Notes under the pieces: generated by a model
The model's input: only the letters and a program-made list of their open reading frames with translations
Databases searched by the model: none
What the model was told of the DNA's origin: nothing
Source of the DNA: Fibrobacterales bacterium
Lineage (GTDB): Bacteria > Fibrobacterota > Fibrobacteria > Fibrobacterales > JAOPTW01
DNA length: 15,373 bases
Assembly (NCBI GenBank): GCA_051532055.1
Contig: JAOPTX010000121.1
Coordinates: 1-15,373, forward strand
Reading direction: 5' to 3'
Made by a program: the position numbers and the translations under genes
Shown here: one piece after another, positions 8,192 to 15,373 of the stretch
How the letters are laid out: every line of letters begins with the position of its first letter
How positions within the stretch are numbered: the stretch's first letter is position 1

Positions 8192-9199
8192 TTACCCCAT
8201 GTATTGAATGATTTGTGCAGATAAAGCAATACCTGCACCGGTACCAATTAATAAGATATAGTCCCCTTGGTTAATGGATTCTGATTTCAATACTTCATGA
8301 AATGCAGTTGGAATGGAAGCGGCTAATTGGTTTCCGTGCTCTTCAAGAATATCAATCCATTTTTCTTGGGTAATGGGGATTCTTTTCTTGATTAATTTGA
8401 GGGCTGCTCTACTTGCTTGGTGAGGTACAACAACAGTGATGTCAGTATAGGTTATTCCGGTATCTTTAAATAGTCTTTCTAAAAAAGGATTAAGGTGTGT
8501 TAATGTTTTTTTAAATAACTTTGGTCCATTCATTGAAAAGCAATAGTCATCATGTATTTCTTCTCTATACTTACGTGGGGGAAGTGTATTTCCTCCTCCT
8601 TTAATTTCACAAAGGCCCATACCGTCACTATAGGTTTCCATGTGGCTTGCAATTAGCTTGAAAGAACTTCCCATTTGGGGGGCACTCAAAATATGGGCTA
8701 CTGCACCATCACCAAAAAGTGCCGCACTTTCTATGTGGCTTTTATTGAGATGATCATGAGCTGTTTCGGCAGTCACAATAAGTACTTTTGAAAAACGGCC
8801 CATTGCTATCTGCGATACTGTGGTGTCGAGTGCTGTTAAAAAGCTCAAACAGGTTGCATTGATATCAAAACACGGAATGCCGGATTTGCCAAAGCCTAAC
8901 CGGTTTTGAATGATAGCCGCTGTGCACGGTATTGGTTGTTCGAGGGAGGTTGCTGCGAAAATAATGGCATCGAGATCGTTACATTGAATATTTGCCTCAA
9001 TAAGTGCCTTTTGGGCTGCTTTTGCTGCCATGTCAGCGATGGTCTCATGATCCATATAGTAACGAGTGCGAACACCTGTCTTTTTAAAGGAGGTTCCCGA
9101 TGGGACTTCTAATAGAGTATCAAGTTCCTGAGCGGTAACTTTTTTGGTGGGAAGGTATTTGCCTGACCCTAAAATGGAGAATGTAGGTTGAACTCTCAT
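8192..9199 (-). CDS. 3-oxoacyl-ACP synthase III (FabH)-like condensing enzyme
   Basis: GxGxYLP, TGVRTR, catalytic Cys (DINATCLSF), LFGDGA, His (VVPHQAS), Asn (HGNQLAASIP), GTGAG. Probably pathway-specific rather than the housekeeping fabH. Confidence 0.93.
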   Translation of the reverse strand: MRVQPTFSILGSGKYLPTKKVTAQELDTLLEVPSGTSFKKTGVRTRYYMDHETIADMAAKAAQKALIEANIQCNDLDAIIFAATSLEQPIPCTAAIIQNRLGFGKSGIPCFDINATCLSFLTALDTTVSQIAMGRFSKVLIVTAETAHDHLNKSHIESAALFGDGAVAHILSAPQMGSSFKLIASHMETYSDGMGLCEIKGGGNTLPPRKYREEIHDDYCFSMNGPKLFKKTLTHLNPFLERLFKDTGITYTDITVVVPHQASRAALKLIKKRIPITQEKWIDILEEHGNQLAASIPTAFHEVLKSESINQGDYILLIGTGAGIALSAQIIQYMG

Positions 9200-9328
9200 T
9201 TCTGCTATTCCGTATGCTGATTAGGACACTCCATTCAATGTGTATAATTTATGCACGATGAAAAGGAGATGTTCTATTGTATTAGGTACAAATATAGTGA
9301 TTATATCAATTTTTCCATTTGTATATAT

Positions 9329-9356
9329 GTTCTGTGTGATACGGAACACATAGAAC
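9329..9356 (+). promoter_or_regulatory. 10-bp stem-loop/inverted repeat with an ATACGGAA loop in the divergent promoter region
   Basis: GTTCTGTGTG (9329-9338), ATACGGAA, CACATAGAAC (9347-9356), with one G-U pair. The same octamer occurs on the minus strand at 9208-9215. Confidence 0.5.
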
Positions 9357-9392
9357 TGGTTTGTTTATTACAAACTTACTAATTTTCGGCAC

Positions 9393-10505
9393 ATGATAAT
9401 TCCTCTGCTCATTTTACTTCCTACACTCATTTATGCAATTATTCTTATTACTTTGATTGCTGGTGTCATAAAATTACGAGATCGTAGAAACATACATAGC
9501 CGGTGCCCGAGTGTGTCAATTGTCGTTCCATTATACAATGAAGAAGAGGGTGCATTACAGACACTCAGTGCTCTCGCTGCGCAAGAGTATATTGGTGAAT
9601 GGGAGGTTATTTGTATTGATGACCGCTCCACTGATTTGACTTATGAAATAATCAGTACATTTTGTGATAACCATTCACGATTCTCATGTTATTCTATTCC
9701 ACATGATGTAAAGCGTGTCGATTCACCTAAAAAGCGTGCGCTAGAAACTGGGTTTAGCTATGCACAGAATGAAGTGTTTATGAGTATTGATGCCGATAGT
9801 ATCCCTCCTGTGGGTTGGTTGAAATCTATGTCTCAAAACTTCCATTCTGCTATAGAAATTGTACAAGGTCCTAAACAGATACGGGGAAATAATACACCAG
9901 TTATTGTGTATCAAAAAATTGAAACGCTTGTACTCACACTCCTTGAAGGAACATTGTTCACACTAAAATTTCCGGTGATTGCAAGTGCCCCTTCGCTTGG
10001 ATACTTAAGGACTCTTTATAATGCGGTGGGAGGTTTTGAGGACCACAAACAGTACATTTCTGGTGATGACGATATGCTAGTACAGGCAATGAGTAAAAAA
10101 GCTCAGGACTTTTGTTACAATTTGGATCCTGCTGCGGCAGTCCAGACAAGCGGAGTACAATCTGTATCTGAATTGTTTAGTCAAAGGGCTCGCTGGTGTA
10201 GCAATGCAACTCATTATGAAAACAGATGGTATGTCTTATTAATATTCACCGTGTATGCATACTTTCTGTTTTTAGGTATTACGCCAATTCTTTACTTCGT
10301 TACAGATATAACACCAGTATATCTCTTAGGCCCATGGGTCATTAAGTTAACTCTCGATCTGATTTTTCTTAGTATCGGCAGTAAAAAACTTAATAGTCGA
10401 TTGTTGGTTGTTGGAGCTCCATTTGCGCTCATATTCAGTGTCCCGCTATTGCTCTGGGCTATTCCTGCCGGGTATTTTAAGCTTTTTAAATGGGGTGGAC
10501 AATAG
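9393..10505 (+). CDS. Membrane-bound family 2 glycosyltransferase (D,D,D,QxxRW type)
   Basis: N-terminal TM helix, VSIVVPLYNEE, IDDRSTD, KKRAL, IDAD, VGGF, SGDDD, QRARW, and about three C-terminal TM helices. Confidence 0.92.
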   Translation: MIIPLLILLPTLIYAIILITLIAGVIKLRDRRNIHSRCPSVSIVVPLYNEEEGALQTLSALAAQEYIGEWEVICIDDRSTDLTYEIISTFCDNHSRFSCYSIPHDVKRVDSPKKRALETGFSYAQNEVFMSIDADSIPPVGWLKSMSQNFHSAIEIVQGPKQIRGNNTPVIVYQKIETLVLTLLEGTLFTLKFPVIASAPSLGYLRTLYNAVGGFEDHKQYISGDDDMLVQAMSKKAQDFCYNLDPAAAVQTSGVQSVSELFSQRARWCSNATHYENRWYVLLIFTVYAYFLFLGITPILYFVTDITPVYLLGPWVIKLTLDLIFLSIGSKKLNSRLLVVGAPFALIFSVPLLLWAIPAGYFKLFKWGGQ

Positions 10506-10764
10506 ACGAAGAATGTTCGTTCACCGACCTCCACTACCTTTGTTGATAATACGGTAATATGGAAATGGTATCTTTATAGCAATAGTGAATATTTTTATCG
10601 ACATGAAAACTCCAAGACTGTTGCAAATTCTATTCGTTGTGTTCAGATTGCTCAATAGATAGTTCATTGTGCACAATAAACAAACCACATGTGATGCGTG
10701 TCGATGTCCGGGATCTGAAAAAAAAATTCGGGCTTCGCATTACTGAGTTATGTATAATAATAGA

Positions 10765-10793
10765 GTTTGAGTATAAGCTTTTATTACTCAAAC
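10765..10793. terminator. Hairpin overlapping the START-gene stop codon; possible weak terminator
   Basis: GTTTGAGTA (10765-10773) pairs with TACTCAAAC (10785-10793): 9-bp perfect stem, 11-nt loop, no clear U-tract. Confidence 0.35.
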
Positions 10794-11554
10794 AGCTTTG
10801 GATATAATCGATTCATTTGTCGTCTAAACATGGGTTCCATCTCGGGTTGAGTATCATTATCGTCATAAAGCTTTCTTAAATTATCAAAAGCAGTTGATAC
10901 CATATGATCTCCAGTAAGGTTTACGATCCAGTTGGGGAAATGACCCGCTGGGTTAAAATAGAATTGAAAATCAAGTAAGGTATGTTGGTTGTTGGTGCCT
11001 TGAGGTGTCAGTATGAACGTAACTTCCAAAAGGTCCATTCGTACGAGATTTTCTTTTTGGGGTGCGAGGGGGTGAACTATTGAGGTAGCGAATAGAGTAA
11101 TGATCGGGGGCTGGTCTCGTCCTTGTTCGGTAAAGTTGAGAGTACCTTTAATGACCCAATCTCGATTGTTGTAGGGCGGTAGGAAATAGGTTTCACCGTA
11201 TATGATTTGGTAAAAATTATTGAGGTCTTCATCGTAGCTTCTCGTTGTATAATTGCGTTCGATAAGTTTGGATGATTCAAACCAATAGACCCATTCAGAC
11301 ATCAAGGTAGGTTGCACTACCGTAGCGGCTAGTTTTACGATATCGTATTCAATGAGTCCAACTCCTCGAAACTCGTATACATCTTTTTCTGATGATTTTC
11401 TTTCATATAGTATAACACCATCGTTTTCTTTTAATAGGGACCAGTCCTCTACAGGAGTAGCAGTAATCGAAGAGATGGTACCTAAAAGAGTGAAAGCTAC
11501 AATAGATAGTTTTGTCTTATAGTGGATAATATAATAGTTCTGTAAAAAAGACAT
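10784..11554 (-). CDS. Secreted START/SRPBCC-domain lipid-binding protein
   Basis: Hydrophobic signal-like N-terminus, then W-x(6)-G-V-x-L-Y (DWSLLKENDGVILYER), EFRGVG, EW, P-x-x-NRD, HPLAP..VR, NPAGHFPNWIVN: the pattern of bacterial START domains. Confidence 0.82.
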   Translation of the reverse strand: MSFLQNYYIIHYKTKLSIVAFTLLGTISSITATPVEDWSLLKENDGVILYERKSSEKDVYEFRGVGLIEYDIVKLAATVVQPTLMSEWVYWFESSKLIERNYTTRSYDEDLNNFYQIIYGETYFLPPYNNRDWVIKGTLNFTEQGRDQPPIITLFATSIVHPLAPQKENLVRMDLLEVTFILTPQGTNNQHTLLDFQFYFNPAGHFPNWIVNLTGDHMVSTAFDNLRKLYDDNDTQPEMEPMFRRQMNRLYPKLFE

Positions 11555-11713
11555 ATGAGTATGGGATAAAGGGCTTATTAAAAGATATATACGTGAGTGG
11601 AAAATAGTGCGTTTACTAGCACGGCATACTTCATACTAAAAAAATGTTACTATTGGGTTGTAACTTTGTCTTTGATAGGTACCAATCAATTCTTATAGCT
11701 ACTATTTTAAGCA

Positions 11714-11758
11714 CTAACCTACGCATCTTAGGGGATTGCCCTAAGATGCGTAGGTTAG
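11714..11758. repeat. Perfect 20-bp inverted repeat with a 5-nt loop downstream of the dsbA-like gene
   Basis: CTAACCTACGCATCTTAGGG-GATTG-CCCTAAGATGCGTAGGTTAG; the arms are exact reverse complements. Confidence 0.95.
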
Positions 11759-11775
11759 GCGTATAGGTTTTTTAA

Positions 11776-12432
11776 TTATTCACCATACTGAATGGCAATC
11801 TCTTTTGCCACAAGCTTAGTCAACTCATCTAATCCAAAATGAGGGAGTGGCTGGCCATTAACAAAAAACTCTGGGGTTTGTTTTACATTGAGAGCTTTAA
11901 CATCGGCAAGATCTTGTTGAATGAGTTGCGCAATCTTTGGGTCTTGCATATCTTTTTTCAGAAGCTCAATATCGATATTGAGGTCTTTCATATAGCCCCA
12001 AGTAAGGTCGACCTTGGCTTGATGATGGCTAGCCCAGACAGCTTGATAGCCGTAGAGACGTTCAAGAGCTTCCCAATACTTATTTTGCTTGCGGGCAGCT
12101 TCAATAAGGGCAACAATATCTTTGGCGCCATGATGAAATGGTGCATATCGCATAACAAGTTGGACTTTACCTTTTGATTGATCGACAAGTCTTTTTACAG
12201 AATAAAAGAGCTGCCGGCAGGTTTCACAGGCAGGGTCAAAGAACTCGACTATGTACACTTTAGCGTCCGCTTTTCCATACGTGATAGCATGGTCAGGGAC
12301 AAAAATTTGTGCATTCTCTTGGGCAAGAAAATTGCGCTTTGTGGTCTGTTTTGATTTATATATATATGACCCTGCTACATAACAGGCCATGAGGATTGCG
12401 ACAGAAACGAGTACGATTATTCTTTTATTCAT
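11776..12432 (-). CDS. dsbA: DsbA-family thiol:disulfide oxidoreductase (BdbD-like, membrane-anchored)
   Basis: N-terminal TM anchor, G..DAKVYIVEFFDPACETC (CxxC), RYAPFH, cis-Pro loop VKQTPEFFVNG. Confidence 0.9.
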   Translation of the reverse strand: MNKRIIVLVSVAILMACYVAGSYIYKSKQTTKRNFLAQENAQIFVPDHAITYGKADAKVYIVEFFDPACETCRQLFYSVKRLVDQSKGKVQLVMRYAPFHHGAKDIVALIEAARKQNKYWEALERLYGYQAVWASHHQAKVDLTWGYMKDLNIDIELLKKDMQDPKIAQLIQQDLADVKALNVKQTPEFFVNGQPLPHFGLDELTKLVAKEIAIQYGE

Positions 12433-12898
12433 GAGTGGTTCTCTTTTTTAATAGTATTAATAGGGTTACGAGTGCGGTGTATGCTCCCAGCGACAGAAGC
12501 GGAATGGAGATGAATCCAAAGAATTCGATATACTGCTCACTACAGGAGATTCCCTGGCTACAGGGGGTGATTGTTTCGGGTATGATACCCACATAGAGTA
12601 GATTGTGATAGAGGGCAACAAACCACCCAGGAATCACTAAGGGGAGTGAATATTTAATTACTGCTTTATCAAAGGGGAAGAGGCCTACTAAGAATAGTAT
12701 GACGAGAGGGTAAAGGAGGATACGTTGGTACCAACAGAGGGAGCACGGTGGGAATTTCATTACTTCACTAAAAAAGAGTGAACCGAGGACCGAGACGACG
12801 ACAATAATCCAACTGATAAATAATAAAAGCCAGTTTGTGTCGGTATTGGGAGTATTTGCATGATTGGTATTTAGGCGCATATGTTCTATGAGTCTCAA
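12425..12898 (-). CDS. dsbB: Disulfide bond formation protein B (BdbC-like)
   Basis: GSLFFSE, PCSLCWYQR, second Cys pair PCSQGISCS, GFISIP, four TM helices; 8-nt overlap with dsbA. The start could instead be ATG 12880. Confidence 0.92.
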   Translation of the reverse strand: MRLIEHMRLNTNHANTPNTDTNWLLLFISWIIVVVSVLGSLFFSEVMKFPPCSLCWYQRILLYPLVILFLVGLFPFDKAVIKYSLPLVIPGWFVALYHNLLYVGIIPETITPCSQGISCSEQYIEFFGFISIPLLSLGAYTALVTLLILLKKRTTHE

Positions 12899-13095
12899 AA
12901 GAATATTTTATTTATGAGTTAAAAAATAGCACATTGTAAGGAATGTAATGGATATTTATGCGGTATTAATATCCCAGAATGCTCTTCTTACTGGATTGAT
13001 AGATCATTCTCTCATTACAACTAATAGAACATACATTTATAACAACGTATGTCGGTATTAAATAAATGGTCAAACAGCGGCTCTCTTTTGATGAG

Positions 13096-14922
13096 TTACA
13101 TTTCTGGGCTATTTTTGGGGATCTTTACCGTAAATGTACTGCCTTTCCCCAATTCTGTAGTAACCCCTATAGTACCTTTGTGTCGATTCGTTATGATATC
13201 ATACGATATGTTGAGGCCCAGCCCGGTGCCTTCTCCAACTTCTTTTGTGGTAAAGAAGGGGTCAAAAATTTTAGGCTCTACCTCTTTGGGGATTCCTGGT
13301 CCATTATCAGTAAATATACAGTGTATTTCAGATTGATGTTCTTCTACAGTAATAGTAAGTGATCCTTTTTCCTTATCGCTATCGCGTACTGCTTGTGATG
13401 CATTAACAATGAGGTTGAGGAATACTTGATTCAATTCTGAACCATTTGCTTTAATAATGGGTTGATCTGTGTAGTGTTCAATAATATCAATGAAGTATTT
13501 GTACTCATTTTTGGCGACAACAAGGGTACTTTTAATACCTGCAACAATATCGAAGTTATCAAATGTGTTTGACGTGTCAATATGAGAAAAGTTTTTAAGA
13601 TTTTTTACAATAGTGGTTATACGCTTTAGGCCACTCTGACATTCACTTACCAGATCATGTGTGTCATCTAAAATAAAAGAAATATTTCCTTTTTCACTTT
13701 TATGTGAGTCTGTTGAAGGCTGGGTCTCTTTTTCTAGAGTATCGATATAGTGGATTATCTTTTCCAAATAGGTGTTTAATGTAGAAATATTACTCGTAAC
13801 ATATCCTACGGGGTTATTGATCTCGTGAGCTATGCCTGCGGCTAATTGACCAATACTTGCAAGTTTTTCTTGTTGAATCAACTGAGTCTGAGCACTTTTT
13901 AACTGTTGAAGGGTTGTTTCCAGAGTCGTATTGTGTTTGATTAGTTCGTTCTCCCGATCAAGTATGATGTCGGACATGGCAATAAAATTATCATAAAGAT
14001 CTTGCAGTTCCTGGATAGATTTTTCATAGACAGGATGCGTGGGCGAAAACCCTGCTGCGAGGTCAGTTGTGATTTTCTGTAATGTTGCAATAGGTTTGAT
14101 AAGATGCTTTTGTGAAATTCTATAGAATAGCCCAAATAGTACCAAAGAAAGAAAGGCCAAAATACATAAAATCTCAATGATAAGGCTATTGCGGGTATCT
14201 ATATAATCCTGAATATCAGAGATGATACGTACTTTGGTATGAGGGTAAGATAAGGAAGTCCAAAATGCGATACCATTACTTTTCGTTCCAAAACTGAGTG
14301 CTTGATTATCCTTATAGAGAACGGAAATTTGAATCCCTGAAACATTCTTAAAATGAGGGATTTCAAGGATGGATTGTAACGGGAATTCTGCCGAGAGAAT
14401 ACACTCTGTATGTCCATTATACTGCACAGCAGAAAGGAGCCCCCAGAAATAACCTGTATCAGTCTTATAGAGGTGAATAAATGAGGTGAGTGTATCGTTC
14501 AGTATATTTTTAACCCAAGGCATCTCTTTAAATTGGTTTTCACTCAGTGTTGTGTTATTAAATAGTGCATCTCCTTTAAAGTCGAGGAACGCATAGTTGA
14601 CGCTTTTATTAAATACCTTGGTGGCACTGAGAAAGTCATGAAGATTACCTCTATTGAGGCTTGGTTGCATGCAGCTCTGAATGAGTACAGGATATTGGGC
14701 GTAGTCTTTGATTAATGAGCTTCTGGTAGTGAGGTATTGCGTAATGTCAGATACAATTCCTTTAGATTCGCGAAGTCTCTGTATAGATTGGGTCCGCTTT
14801 AACGTTGTATCGATTCTATAAAAGAGAAGAATAGTAATGATGCAGCCAAATACTACAAAAGAGAGTATTGAGGCCGTAAAAACATACCATGATAATTTTT
14901 TGTTTTTTAGAATTATATTCAT
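13096..14922 (-). CDS. Membrane sensor histidine kinase (periplasmic Cache-like domain, HAMP-like linker, HisKA, HATPase; NtrB-type)
   Basis: Two TM helices flank a ~210-aa extracytoplasmic domain. H-box EKLASIGQLAAGIAHEINNP, N-box LNQVFLNLIVNA, G1 DNGPGI, F-box FDPFFTTK, G2 GTGLGL. Confidence 0.95.
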   Translation of the reverse strand: MNIILKNKKLSWYVFTASILSFVVFGCIITILLFYRIDTTLKRTQSIQRLRESKGIVSDITQYLTTRSSLIKDYAQYPVLIQSCMQPSLNRGNLHDFLSATKVFNKSVNYAFLDFKGDALFNNTTLSENQFKEMPWVKNILNDTLTSFIHLYKTDTGYFWGLLSAVQYNGHTECILSAEFPLQSILEIPHFKNVSGIQISVLYKDNQALSFGTKSNGIAFWTSLSYPHTKVRIISDIQDYIDTRNSLIIEILCILAFLSLVLFGLFYRISQKHLIKPIATLQKITTDLAAGFSPTHPVYEKSIQELQDLYDNFIAMSDIILDRENELIKHNTTLETTLQQLKSAQTQLIQQEKLASIGQLAAGIAHEINNPVGYVTSNISTLNTYLEKIIHYIDTLEKETQPSTDSHKSEKGNISFILDDTHDLVSECQSGLKRITTIVKNLKNFSHIDTSNTFDNFDIVAGIKSTLVVAKNEYKYFIDIIEHYTDQPIIKANGSELNQVFLNLIVNASQAVRDSDKEKGSLTITVEEHQSEIHCIFTDNGPGIPKEVEPKIFDPFFTTKEVGEGTGLGLNISYDIITNRHKGTIGVTTELGKGSTFTVKIPKNSPEM

Positions 14923-14928
14923 AGGTAT

Positions 14929-15372
14929 CTATTGTATCAAAATAATTTCATTGTGAGTTCCAAATTGTGCCATTCTGAAGTCTGAGATATATAACGCTTC
15001 ATGGCTATCCTTTTTTAATGGACTCCATGGAGAAAAAGGGAGCTGGTAGGTCTTTACTAATCCGGTAATTGGTGTCGTTAGGTGTTCGAGAGCGTAATGG
15101 AGGTCTTTTCGAATGTCATGTATGTTTTGGTCAAGTGATACTCCATTCAGTGCAGAAATTAGGATACGAGTAAGGTCATAGGCATGGATAAATCCCGTTG
15201 GAGCCTCAAGGGATTGAACATTAGAATATGATGGATATAATTTTTGAAATTGTGAAAAGACTGAGTGTGCAATTGGATGTCCGGTAGTATCAAGAAAAGA
15301 GAAACTTGTTTGAAGGAACTGTAAATCGATCTCATTTCGTATTGCAGCTGGTATAACCTTAGGAAAATCACC
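14929..15372 (-). CDS. C-terminal part of a type-1 periplasmic binding protein (LIV/branched-chain amino acid ABC substrate-binding-like); runs off the window and is absent from the ORF track
   Basis: Hand translation of the open frame 15372->14929 gives GDFPKVIP...FLQTSFSF...PTGFIHAYDLTRILISAL...IRKDLHYALEHL...GLVKTYQLPFS...HEAL..SDFRMAQF...IILIQ*. The 'HAYD..IL..A', 'R.ALE.L' and 'GL.K.Y..PF...H.AL' pattern is that of PBP1 proteins. The stop lies 6 nt before the kinase ATG. Confidence 0.78.
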   Translation of the reverse strand, partial: GDFPKVIPAAIRNEIDLQFLQTSFSFLDTTGHPIAHSVFSQFQKLYPSYSNVQSLEAPTGFIHAYDLTRILISALNGVSLDQNIHDIRKDLHYALEHLTTPITGLVKTYQLPFSPWSPLKKDSHEALYISDFRMAQFGTHNEIILIQ

Positions 15373-15373
15373 T

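Noticed and set aside
8191..8247. Extended SDR N-terminus
   Set aside because: It overlaps the fabH-like gene, and the Rossmann motif begins immediately after ATG 8190.
13049..13362. Plus-strand ORFs of 95 and 98 aa
   Set aside because: Typical antisense shadows of the conserved HATPase domain.
15159..15371. 70-aa minus-strand ORF in the track
   Set aside because: Wrong frame; the overlapping frame 15372->14929 is fully open and encodes a recognisable binding-protein C-terminus.
1..15373. CRISPR array, transposase, integrase, tRNA/rRNA, prophage or defence genes
   Set aside because: No regularly spaced repeats or matching motifs were seen by eye. The remaining short ORFs in the track are nested in or antisense to well-supported genes.

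Overview
AT-rich bacterial chromosomal window. A Ser-rich lipoprotein linker and a Cys/Trp module hint at a Fibrobacterota-like host, but this is inference only. Left to right it holds: (1) the C-terminal receiver domain of a probable hybrid histidine kinase; (2) a lipoprotein GH13 alpha-amylase with a ~190-aa Ser-rich stalk and a CBM20; (3) a secreted F5/8-type C (discoidin/CBM32) protein followed by a bidirectional terminator; (4) a tightly coupled five-gene minus-strand biosynthetic operon (FabH-like ketosynthase, extended SDR, MBL-fold hydrolase, PaaK/F390-synthetase-like adenylate-forming enzyme, ceramide-glucosyltransferase-like GT); (5) a divergent membrane GT2 and a convergent secreted START-domain protein; (6) a BdbC/BdbD-type DsbB/DsbA pair ending in a perfect 20-bp hairpin; (7) an NtrB-type sensor kinase preceded by a type-1 periplasmic binding protein gene that the ORF track missed. 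The best candidate for an undescribed system is the ketosynthase/reductase/hydrolase/adenylase/glycosyltransferase locus, a probable glycolipid pathway of unknown product. Its divergent leaders share an ATACGGAA octamer. No rRNA, tRNA, CRISPR array or transposase was seen.
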